Virus record (IMG/VR): IMGVR_UViG_3300046001_005431
Coordinates: 1-29,085 of that record
DNA: 29,085 bases
Source: a virus
Taxonomy: Duplodnaviria > Caudoviricetes
Strand: one strand, 5' to 3'
Position numbers and translations under genes: made by a program. Positions 1-8,019 of the stretch are shown one piece after another. Each line of letters begins with the position of its first letter. Within the stretch, counting starts at the first letter, position 1. Below the pieces are notes generated by a model. That model saw nothing but the letters and a program-made list of their open reading frames with translations, was not told the origin of the DNA and searched no databases.

Positions 1-552
1 GCAGAGGCAAAGAATCAAAATGGACGTGTTTATCCAAAGAAGATTCTTATGCGTGAAGTTGCTAATTACAAGAAGGTACAAATCAAAGAGAATCGTGCTC
101 TTGGTGAATTAGACCATCCGGATTCTTCGGTTATCAATCTTCGTAATGTATGTCACAACGTCCTTGATGTAAATTGGGAAGGTGATGACGTTGTTGGTAA
201 AGTAGAGATACTTCCAACACCGTCGGGCAACATTCTAAAGAACCTACTTCAGGCAGGAATCCGTCTCGGTATTTCATCCCGTGGCATGGGTTCAGTAAAA
301 GAGATAAATGAAACAACAGTTGAAGTTCAAGATGACTTTGAGTTGATTGGTTGGGACTTCGTGTCAAACCCATCTACTCACGGGGCATTTATGTACCCTG
401 CCGGTGGTGGTCAAGTTGTTGGCGAAGGTCTTATCAAAGAAGGTGTTGACCTCAAGACTATTGCTAAGATTGACCCTAAACTTCAACGTATAAACGAAAA
501 CATCACAAAGATTATTTGTGAAATTGGTGATGTATGTGAATGTATATTTTGA
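1..552 (+). CDS. gp21: Prohead core protease, T4 gp21-like (5' truncated)
   Basis: Frame 1 is open from base 1 (AEAKNQNGRVYPKKILM...). Motifs NQNGRVYP, GELDHP (His), GISSRGMGS (Ser) and WDFVSNPS are typical of the gp21 family. Confidence 0.93.
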   Translation, partial: AEAKNQNGRVYPKKILMREVANYKKVQIKENRALGELDHPDSSVINLRNVCHNVLDVNWEGDDVVGKVEILPTPSGNILKNLLQAGIRLGISSRGMGSVKEINETTVEVQDDFELIGWDFVSNPSTHGAFMYPAGGGQVVGEGLIKEGVDLKTIAKIDPKLQRINENITKIICEIGDVCECIF

Positions 553-561
553 TAGGAGTAA

Positions 562-1872
562 ATGATGCCTGCTGGTTCTCAAAAACAACAGAAATTTATG
601 GGACTTGTTCTTGCCTACAAACGTGGGGAAGTTCCTGCTTCAAAAGTAAGTAAGAATGTAAAGCAAGTAGCGGCCTCTATGTCCGAGAAGGAACTTGAGA
701 AGTTTGCCGGTACAAAGCACAAAGGACTTCCTAAAAAGGCAGAAGGTGTTGAGCTTGAAGAGGCGATGACACTCGGTGGAGTAAAACTATCAGCTAAGGC
801 ACAGGAAGAAGTGAAGAAATACAATCTTCAAAACAACCAAGAATACATCAAGCGATTAGAAATGTATGCCGATTCGTACTCTAAGCGTAAACCAACTGGA
901 ACGGCCGCAAAAAATATGCTACGTGCTTTACGTATGATGACGTATAAGAACACGCCAGATGATTGGGCAAGACTTCATGCAACTGAGTATTTTATGAGAA
1001 AACGAACCGAAAGTGTAGAAATCAAAGAAGCTCCAATAATGAACGTACCCGATAAAGGTGCGAAGTGGACGTATAAAGATGCTCGTGGTGTTGAGAAGGT
1101 GGGTTACTTCGTGAAATCAATTGAAGGACAAGGTTCTGATATTGCTTATGAATTCAAAGACGAACAGGGTAAAGCCGATATAGTACGTGGACAGTCATTG
1201 AAAGATGCAAGTCCTGTTCGTGAATCAATCGATCAATCTACGGTGAAGAAAATACGTGAACGTATCGAAAAGACAGTTCGTTCTCTTATGCGTGAAGGTG
1301 AAGGAGTTGATGGCGGTGAAGAAAAGAAAGAACCAACATTGACACCAGAACAAAAGGCACTTTATACGGAATTGATTCGCAAGTACAATCAGTATGGTGA
1401 GTCGATTTATCGTGAAGGTAGATTGAGAGAAACATACAAGAACATCAAGAAGATTGTTGAGTTTGCCTCAAAGAATATTGTAGATGAGTCGGGTGATTGG
1501 TTCGATGGTGTGACACTATCAAGACATTCACGTAAGATGAATGAGTCGTTCAAGATTTTTGAGAAGACTGTGATGGAAATCACAAAACTCCAACAGAGAC
1601 TTGAAAGTGTATACGAAGAAATCGGTGAAACACTCAGTCGCTATTACGAAATTGAAGACGACGGTAAAAATGAACCGATGGTAACTGAAACTGACGGGGA
1701 GGGTATATTCTATGCCTTTTGGAACCAACAAAGACATGAAATAAAGGCAAAAGATGCATATGCTGCAAAACTCGCGGCAATTGAGAAATTCAAGATACCG
1801 AAATCAAAACAAGGATTGTTGGCTATTATGAGTAAGAGAGCATATGATGACCAAGAATTTAGATTCAGATAA
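562..1872 (+). CDS. Modular protein with N-terminal DUF3008-like domain; probable internal head protein
   Basis: AGGAG at 554-558 (true start may be ATG 565). N-terminus PAGSQKQQKFMG..AYKRGE..SMSEKELEKFAGTKHKGLP resembles DUF3008; several further small domains follow. Confidence 0.7.
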   Translation: MMPAGSQKQQKFMGLVLAYKRGEVPASKVSKNVKQVAASMSEKELEKFAGTKHKGLPKKAEGVELEEAMTLGGVKLSAKAQEEVKKYNLQNNQEYIKRLEMYADSYSKRKPTGTAAKNMLRALRMMTYKNTPDDWARLHATEYFMRKRTESVEIKEAPIMNVPDKGAKWTYKDARGVEKVGYFVKSIEGQGSDIAYEFKDEQGKADIVRGQSLKDASPVRESIDQSTVKKIRERIEKTVRSLMREGEGVDGGEEKKEPTLTPEQKALYTELIRKYNQYGESIYREGRLRETYKNIKKIVEFASKNIVDESGDWFDGVTLSRHSRKMNESFKIFEKTVMEITKLQQRLESVYEEIGETLSRYYEIEDDGKNEPMVTETDGEGIFYAFWNQQRHEIKAKDAYAAKLAAIEKFKIPKSKQGLLAIMSKRAYDDQEFRFR

Positions 1873-1888
1873 TTGAAAGGAAAATGTT

Positions 1889-2119
1889 ATGGCAGATCAA
1901 GTTCACAGCAACAGACCAAGGACAGCACACGTCAAGGTCAAAGGAAACGGTATGAATATTGACCTTATGTTGAAGATATTCAAACGTAAGGTAAAAGAAA
2001 GTGGAATACTCGAAGAGTACAAGAAACGGACTGAATACATCAAACCTTCTGAAAAGAAGAAAGACAAAATGAACGCCTCTCGGAAGAGACAGAGAAAGCT
2101 TGACCGAGAAATGGAATAA
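1889..2119 (+). CDS. rpsU: Phage-encoded 30S ribosomal protein bS21
   Basis: 76 aa, basic; V-x-V..NID.ML..FKRKVKESGILEEYKKRTEYIKPSEKKK matches the bS21 pattern (ID..L..FKRK...G...E...R..Y.KPS). Confidence 0.9.
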   Translation: MADQVHSNRPRTAHVKVKGNGMNIDLMLKIFKRKVKESGILEEYKKRTEYIKPSEKKKDKMNASRKRQRKLDREME

Positions 2120-2134
2120 CTAACTCGGTGAAGG

Positions 2135-3376
2135 ATGATAAAACTAAAATCTATATTGCTTGAAAAAGATGGTGAAAAACCAGATAGTGAGAATCCCGAT
2201 AAGATGCTTGTCAAGAACAAGGAGAGCGGGAAGTCTTACTACATAAGTAAAGATAGCTTTGACCCATCCGTTCATGAAAAGTCTGGCGATAAGAAGAAAA
2301 AAGAAGAACCAAAAGAAGAACCAAAGAAAGGTGGTGGTGAGAAGGCATCCGGTGGTGAAGCCGGTGGAGACCCACTAGCCGCCGCTTTTGGTGGTATTGA
2401 TAAAAAAGAAGAGAAGAAGAAAGACGAGAAGAAAAAGGAAGAAGAGAAAAATCTACCACCTCACAAGAAGATGGAGAAGAAGCTCGGGTCATACGTTTCA
2501 TTGGAAACAAAGACACAGGAAGAGATTGTTCAGGATATACAGAACACTCGTCCAGACCTAAAGAAACAGTTAGCTAAGTTTGAGTTTACACCGTTCTTTC
2601 GTGAGTATGGGAATTTGATGCAAACCATAAAGACTCAAAACTCAGTCGGTGATAAAGAGAATGCAAAGGAAACAATGAAATCAATCAAGAAGATTGCTCA
2701 AAGATTTCAGGCAGTTGCACTCGCTAAACTAACGGCTGTATCAAAACCAACTGAAGACCCTGTTGTAGTGAAAGCTGCAAAATATTACCATTCTTCGAGT
2801 ACCACTATCAATAGATTTCTACGTAAGGGTAATGAGTTTGGTGAAACAGAGATTCTATCAAACGATGAGATACAACAGATACGTGATGAGATGGCCGACG
2901 CAATTAGACGGCGAATCTTCATAAACCAACGGTATTCAAAAGAAGAGTTGGAATCAATGGAGGCCATCAACAACATGGATGAACACTTTAGAACAGAAGG
3001 TGCAGTACTTGAGTATGATACTGTTGTTTTCCGTGGAGTATTTCCCGATGTCCTTGAACAATTTACAGAGGCAAAGGAGTGGGTAGATAATGCCTTCACG
3101 TCAACATCCCTGAATCCACTTGTTGCAGAACGTTTCACATATGAACAAATAGATTTGGGTGGTGGTGTTGTTGCTGATTATGGTAAGAAAGAAAAACCGG
3201 CGATATTCAAGATAAACTTGAAACGCGGTATGCGAGTACTTTCACTTCCTTGCTCTGAGGATGAGTTTTGTATTGAATCTGAACTGACGTTACCTCGTGG
3301 ATGCCATTTCACGATAGTAAGACATGATGAAGAGAATAATGTTTATGAAGTAGAAGTGGAGCAACCAAATGCCTGA
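2135..3376 (+). CDS. ADP-ribosyltransferase, R-STS-ExE (VIP2/Alt-like) catalytic domain at the C-terminus
   Basis: YY..SSTTINRFLR (from 2783), VVFRGV (Arg codon 3032), FTSTSLN (STS 3101-3109), IESELTLPRG (ExE 3275-3283) in canonical order. The N-terminal part is Lys/Glu-rich. Confidence 0.88.
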   Translation: MIKLKSILLEKDGEKPDSENPDKMLVKNKESGKSYYISKDSFDPSVHEKSGDKKKKEEPKEEPKKGGGEKASGGEAGGDPLAAAFGGIDKKEEKKKDEKKKEEEKNLPPHKKMEKKLGSYVSLETKTQEEIVQDIQNTRPDLKKQLAKFEFTPFFREYGNLMQTIKTQNSVGDKENAKETMKSIKKIAQRFQAVALAKLTAVSKPTEDPVVVKAAKYYHSSSTTINRFLRKGNEFGETEILSNDEIQQIRDEMADAIRRRIFINQRYSKEELESMEAINNMDEHFRTEGAVLEYDTVVFRGVFPDVLEQFTEAKEWVDNAFTSTSLNPLVAERFTYEQIDLGGGVVADYGKKEKPAIFKINLKRGMRVLSLPCSEDEFCIESELTLPRGCHFTIVRHDEENNVYEVEVEQPNA

Positions 3377-3560
3377 TGATAAAGAAAAAGAAACCGAGAA
3401 ACCAAAACCATCTGACCGTTTTCTGTATAACTCCGAAGACGTAGAACACATTTTTCGTCTTGGAGACATAGGCACAGTGTTTCAGAAAAAAGAGAACACT
3501 GAAAAATCAAGTACTTTACTAAAAAAGTTGATGCCAAACAAGAAAAATGTGATAGAATGA
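3369..3560 (+). CDS. Small hypothetical protein (63 aa)
   Basis: ATG preceded by GGAG (3358-3361); overlaps ART stop by 8 nt; fills the gap before the scaffold promoter. Confidence 0.6.
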   Translation: MPDDKEKETEKPKPSDRFLYNSEDVEHIFRLGDIGTVFQKKENTEKSSTLLKKLMPNKKNVIE

Positions 3561-3570
3561 TTTTTTAGCT

Positions 3571-3579
3571 CATATTTAT
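3571..3579 (+). promoter_or_regulatory. Putative late promoter motif CATATTTAT (upstream of scaffold/MCP)
   Basis: One of nine intergenic copies of (C/G)ATATTTAT or a close variant. Confidence 0.7.
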
Positions 3580-3668
3580 TTGTACAATACTCTATTCGTA
3601 TAGAGTCACTACTATTTTTACTGTTAGATAGGTGTTATCAATAACCCTGAAACTAGTTGGAGATGTTT

Positions 3669-4712
3669 ATGACAGATTTACTGAAAGAAGCAATCGCAGA
3701 CGCAAAGGCAGTACGTGAAGTCGCACTCGCTAATGCTAAGCTTGCTCTCGAAGAAGCTTTCCAACCACGTATTCAATCAATGATCGCAACAAAGCTTTCT
3801 GAAGAAGCCGAAGCCGAAGACGAAATGTCTGAAGGTGAGGACGAAGAGATGGCAATGGGTGAAGGTGATGAAGAATATGTGGAAGAAGGAGAGGAAGAAG
3901 AAATGCCGGTAGAAGAAGGCGAACACGAAGAAGCCCCAGCAATGGAAGAAGGCGACGACGAAGAAATGCCGGTAGAAGAGGGTGAAGAAGAAGCCCCTGT
4001 TGAAGAAGGTGAAGGCGAAGAGGAGATTGATGAAGACCTTATGGAAATCATCCGTCAACTCGAAGAAGAACTTGATTCATCAGAGATTGGTAAGGGTGAT
4101 AACAAACAACCTTCCAAGTCTGCTTCAGATGACCATACAGAAGACAAGAAAGAAAAGGTCGTTCAGTTGGTTGAAGAAGAAGATGAAGAAGCACCAGCGG
4201 TAGAAGAGGGTGATGAAGACGAAGTTGACATCAAGGAAATTCTCCGTGCCCTACGTGAAGAAGACGACGACGACGACGATTCTCACGAAGAAGCACCAGC
4301 GGTAGAAGAAGGTGAAGACGAAAAAACAGCCGAGTTGGAAGAAAAAGTCAACGAGGCATATGCAGTCATCCAGTTCTTACGTGAAAAGTTGAATGAAGTC
4401 AATCTTCTCAATTCTAAGCTTCTGTTCTCAAACAAACTGTTCCGTTCGTACTCTCTCACAGAGTCACAAAAGATCACAGTTATCGAAAACTTTGATCGTG
4501 CAGGAAGTTTGCGTGAGGTCAAGTTGGTTTACGCTACACTCGCTGAATCATTCAAGGGTCGTTCTATGAAGGCACAAAAGCCAACACAGAAGTCATCTTT
4601 GAAGGAAGCATTTGCAAGCAAGCCACAAGCAAGCACACGTCCATCGAAGAAGATTCTCACAGAATCAAATCAGGTGGCAGACAGATTTAAGAAACTAGCA
4701 GGTTTACTATAA
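3669..4712 (+). CDS. Prohead scaffolding/core protein (functional gp22 analogue)
   Basis: Directly upstream of MCP; extremely acidic with coiled-coil ends (MTDLLKEAIADAKAVRE...; ...RFKKLAGLL). Start moved to ATG 3669, 6 nt after GGAG (3659-3662). Confidence 0.85.
   Translation: MTDLLKEAIADAKAVREVALANAKLALEEAFQPRIQSMIATKLSEEAEAEDEMSEGEDEEMAMGEGDEEYVEEGEEEEMPVEEGEHEEAPAMEEGDDEEMPVEEGEEEAPVEEGEGEEEIDEDLMEIIRQLEEELDSSEIGKGDNKQPSKSASDDHTEDKKEKVVQLVEEEDEEAPAVEEGDEDEVDIKEILRALREEDDDDDDSHEEAPAVEEGEDEKTAELEEKVNEAYAVIQFLREKLNEVNLLNSKLLFSNKLFRSYSLTESQKITVIENFDRAGSLREVKLVYATLAESFKGRSMKAQKPTQKSSLKEAFASKPQASTRPSKKILTESNQVADRFKKLAGLL
3830..4320 (+). repeat. Acidic peptide repeats (EE[M/A]P[A]VEEG[E/D]) in scaffold
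   Basis: Near-identical DNA units gaagaaatgccggtagaaga (about 3897 and 3960) and gaagaagcaccagcggtagaaga (about 4185 and 4287); (GAC)5GAT at 4263-4280. Confidence 0.85.
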
Positions 4713-4735
4713 CTTTTTACATTGGAGACACATAA

Positions 4736-6406
4736 ATGAGTATTCAATCAATTTTAGGCTCGACGAACTCAGCTCATAAGAATCTTATGAATGAGAACAA
4801 GGGCGCTATCAAGAAGTGGGAAAAGACAGGACTTCTTGATGGTATCAAGACAGAGTTTGAAAAGAACTCTATCGCGGTTCTTCTTGAGAACCAAGCAAAG
4901 CAACTTATCGACGAATCATCACGTACAGGTACAGCAGCTGGCTCAGAAGAGTGGGCTGGTGTTGCTCTTCCACTTGTTCGTCGTATCTTTTCTGAAATCG
5001 CAGCTAAGGATTTCGTTTCAGTTCAACCGATGAACCTTCCGTCAGGTCTCGTGTTCTTCCTTGATTTCAAGTATGGTTCAAATCAGCCAGGATTCATGAA
5101 TCCAAATGATCCACTATACAAGGGAAGAAACTCACAAGAAGACTCTGTATTCGGTGTTACAGGTGCAGAAGCAGCTGGTCAAGATCCTTCAGGCGGTCTT
5201 TACGGAGCCGGTCGTTTTGGTTATTCTATCAATGACACAACAACAACCGCTCTCACAAAGTCTACTGCAGTTGGTGCCGCTAACTTCACAACAGGTTCAG
5301 TAACAACATCATCGAAGGCAGTTTACGAATTCGATACTGAATTTGAAGCCGCTTATCTCGCAGACATCAATGGTGGTAAGTTCTTCACAGTTACAGTTTC
5401 AACTGCATCGTTGTCAAATCCTGATTTTGAAGGCGTTCGTGCTTTCAAGGTTAGTGGTTCAACAATCAAGGGATACTTCCCACAATTCACATACACAAAT
5501 GCAACAAACACACAAATCACATTTGTTGTTTCTGCATCATCTGTTCCTGTGAATGATGTATTTGTTTCTTATCAGAAGCAACCAGTCGCATCGAACCGTG
5601 GTGACTTTGAAGATGGAAATGCAGTTTCCCCACTTGGTTCAGACCTTGGTATTCCAGAAATCAATCTTGAACTTCGTTCCGAGTCAATCGTGGCTAAGAC
5701 ACGTAAGTTGAAGGCTGTATGGACACCAGAATATGCTCAAGACTTGAACGCTTACCACTCAATCGACGCTGAAGCAGAATTGACATCAATGCTTTCTGAG
5801 TACATTTCACAAGAAATCGATCTCGAAATCCTTGATATGCTTATCAAGAACGCTCAGACAACAGAAAGATGGTCAGCTCGTATCGGTCGTACATTTGATG
5901 GTGCTTCAAACGGCTTCACAGATTACACAAACGCTCAAGCTTATGCAGCTGCTTTCAACCAACAGACATGGTTCCAAACACTTGGCACCAAGATCCAAAA
6001 GGTATCAAACGTTATCCACCAGAAGACACTTCGTGGTGGTGCTAACTTCCTCGTATGTTCACCACAAGTTGCAACAATCCTTGAATCAATTCCTGGATAT
6101 GCTGTAGACGGTGAAGGTATGAAGTTTGCGATGGGTGTTCAAAAGGTTGGTGCTCTCAACGGCCGCATCACAGTTTACAAGAACCCATATATGCTTGAAA
6201 ACCAAATCCTCATCGGTTTCCGTGGAGCTCAGTTCCTCGAAACAGGTGCGGTATACGCTCCGTACATCCCACTCGTGATGACACCGTTGGTCTATGATCC
6301 AACGAACTTCACACCACGTAAGGGTGTAATGACTCGCTACGCGAAGAAGATTGTTCGTCCTGAATTCTACGGTCTCATCCAAGTTTCTGACTTAGGTGAC
6401 ATCTAA
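4736..6406 (+). CDS. gp23: Major capsid protein, T4 gp23-like
   Basis: LLENQ, PLVRR, VSVQPMNLPSGLVFFL, AKTRKLKAVWTPEYAQDL.AYH.IDAEAEL, YAPYIPL, FTPRKGVMTRY motifs; GGAG at 4724-4727; strong codon bias. Confidence 0.97.
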   Translation: MSIQSILGSTNSAHKNLMNENKGAIKKWEKTGLLDGIKTEFEKNSIAVLLENQAKQLIDESSRTGTAAGSEEWAGVALPLVRRIFSEIAAKDFVSVQPMNLPSGLVFFLDFKYGSNQPGFMNPNDPLYKGRNSQEDSVFGVTGAEAAGQDPSGGLYGAGRFGYSINDTTTTALTKSTAVGAANFTTGSVTTSSKAVYEFDTEFEAAYLADINGGKFFTVTVSTASLSNPDFEGVRAFKVSGSTIKGYFPQFTYTNATNTQITFVVSASSVPVNDVFVSYQKQPVASNRGDFEDGNAVSPLGSDLGIPEINLELRSESIVAKTRKLKAVWTPEYAQDLNAYHSIDAEAELTSMLSEYISQEIDLEILDMLIKNAQTTERWSARIGRTFDGASNGFTDYTNAQAYAAAFNQQTWFQTLGTKIQKVSNVIHQKTLRGGANFLVCSPQVATILESIPGYAVDGEGMKFAMGVQKVGALNGRITVYKNPYMLENQILIGFRGAQFLETGAVYAPYIPLVMTPLVYDPTNFTPRKGVMTRYAKKIVRPEFYGLIQVSDLGDI

Positions 6407-6437
6407 TCTATCTTTGAGATAGACGTAAATTGAGAAG

Positions 6438-6467
6438 GGGAGTGAGTAATCACTCCCTTTTTCTTTT
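6438..6467 (+). terminator. Rho-independent terminator after MCP
   Basis: GGGAGTGA-GTAA-TCACTCCC (8-bp stem, GNRA loop) followed by TTTTTCTTTT. Confidence 0.9.
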
Positions 6468-6474
6468 GGTAGAC

Positions 6475-6483
6475 CATATTTAT
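6475..6483 (+). promoter_or_regulatory. Putative late promoter motif CATATTTAT
   Basis: Immediately after terminator, about 36 nt upstream of ATG 6520. Confidence 0.7.
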
Positions 6484-6519
6484 TGCTAACGTATCGCTTT
6501 ATTTATCGGAGATTTTTAC

Positions 6520-7944
6520 ATGAACCAAAGACAAAAACAAACTTCACTGAAGTATCTATTGAACGAAGTGACGAGTAAGAAAAGAATGCATCAACGTCAA
6601 TTTTCAAATGTAATGAAGTATGTTTCCCTGAGTGAACAAGATGTCTCAAAAATGCTCAGTTCTGGATTTTTTACTGAAAATGAGGTGAAGGCAATCAACA
6701 TTTTGTTTTCGACTACAAAAACCACTCAACTAAACGAAAATACAATGAGACGTATAGATCGTTCTGTGAAAATCATATCAGAATCCAAACCGAATTCACG
6801 AGTATTGAGTGAAGGACTCCTCGGTAATATTTGGAGTAAACTATCTAAACTCGGTGATAGGGCTAAAGAGATAGTTGTTGGCGGTTGGTCAAAAATAAAG
6901 GCAGCTTGGTCTGAATTCAAAGAACTGATTCAAGAGTTTGTAAATGAAATGTCTACAATGTTCGGAAAGGCATTTGATTGGGCGGGTGGTATGATAAAAC
7001 AAGAACTACAAAGCTATGTAGACGAGATGCTTACTTCATGGAACGCAACGATGTCAAAATTAGATGATGTCAATGAGAAGAAGCAATTAGGTACAGACCT
7101 ATCAAATGCATATGATACCGGAAAGTGGGTTGTTGATTCTTTGAAAGAAAAAGTAACTTCAACAAAGGCAGAGTGGTTTCAAGACACTATTGCCGGTAAA
7201 GGAAACATTGATGATACGGGAATTGAGAAAGACCCTGAAGATTTAGAAACCGGATTCGAAGAACTAAAAAATGAATCAGTGAATACGGCAATACATGAAG
7301 AACTTTTGACAGAACGTTCTGAACTTTTTGGTAATTCACTTGTATTGAAGAATCTAATCGAAGCACACAAACGTAGATTATCCGAAGCCGGCGGCGCAGC
7401 ACACTTAGAAGATGCGGTATCGAATCCGTTCCTAAAGAAGATATTGAAGTATGGTGTAAAGGCACTACAGTATGCACTGATACCGATTGCAAAATTGGCA
7501 CAAGAATTCGTTCAAAAGAAGGCGGCAGAACTTCTAAAAAGTATGTCAGGTGCGGTGAAGTTTTTGGGTGGACCCGGGAAATTTGCATTTCCTGTATTTG
7601 CACTTATTATCGCCGAAGTAATAGAGTTGGTAGTAAAGAATTTTACAGCTGATTACAGTCCCGCTAAACTAATCGGAAAAGCAGCTGAATGGTTAGTTCC
7701 CGGATTAGGACCAGCGATTGCGTTCGCGAATGGTATCTGGGATGCAATGAAGACATTCCTTTTTGTTTGGACAATTGGTAACATTTTGTTCAACCTTGTT
7801 CTTGCCGCCAGAAAGGCATACACAGGTTCTCAGGGTGGAGAAAGTGGTGCTGAGACAGGTGGTGAGCCAGAAGTTCAGACCGCCGGATATAAACCAAACG
7901 GAAAGTTCAAACTACGAGAAGGTAAACTCATCTTCATTTCCTGA
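6520..7944 (+). CDS. Hypothetical protein with hydrophobic C-terminal helices; candidate internal/ejected virion protein
   Basis: 474-aa ORF with GGAG RBS, own promoter motif and terminator; many L/I-x-E sites; hydrophobic stretches FAFPVFALIIAEVIELVV and FLFVWTIGNILFNLVLAA. Confidence 0.7.
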   Translation: MNQRQKQTSLKYLLNEVTSKKRMHQRQFSNVMKYVSLSEQDVSKMLSSGFFTENEVKAINILFSTTKTTQLNENTMRRIDRSVKIISESKPNSRVLSEGLLGNIWSKLSKLGDRAKEIVVGGWSKIKAAWSEFKELIQEFVNEMSTMFGKAFDWAGGMIKQELQSYVDEMLTSWNATMSKLDDVNEKKQLGTDLSNAYDTGKWVVDSLKEKVTSTKAEWFQDTIAGKGNIDDTGIEKDPEDLETGFEELKNESVNTAIHEELLTERSELFGNSLVLKNLIEAHKRRLSEAGGAAHLEDAVSNPFLKKILKYGVKALQYALIPIAKLAQEFVQKKAAELLKSMSGAVKFLGGPGKFAFPVFALIIAEVIELVVKNFTADYSPAKLIGKAAEWLVPGLGPAIAFANGIWDAMKTFLFVWTIGNILFNLVLAARKAYTGSQGGESGAETGGEPEVQTAGYKPNGKFKLREGKLIFIS

Positions 7945-7964
7945 AAATAATTTTGACTATGATG

Positions 7965-7998
7965 AAAGGGTAGTAATTCTTACTACCCTTTTTCTTTT
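7965..7998 (+). terminator. Rho-independent terminator
   Basis: AAAGGGTAGTAA-TTC-TTACTACCCTTT perfect inverted repeat followed by TTCTTTT. Confidence 0.88.
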
Positions 7999-8019
7999 CA
8001 AGCAAACTATTTATGGAAT

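Noticed and set aside
3657-3668. TTG start for the scaffold given by the ORF track
   Set aside because: The TTG overlaps the RBS itself; ATG 3669 has proper spacing.
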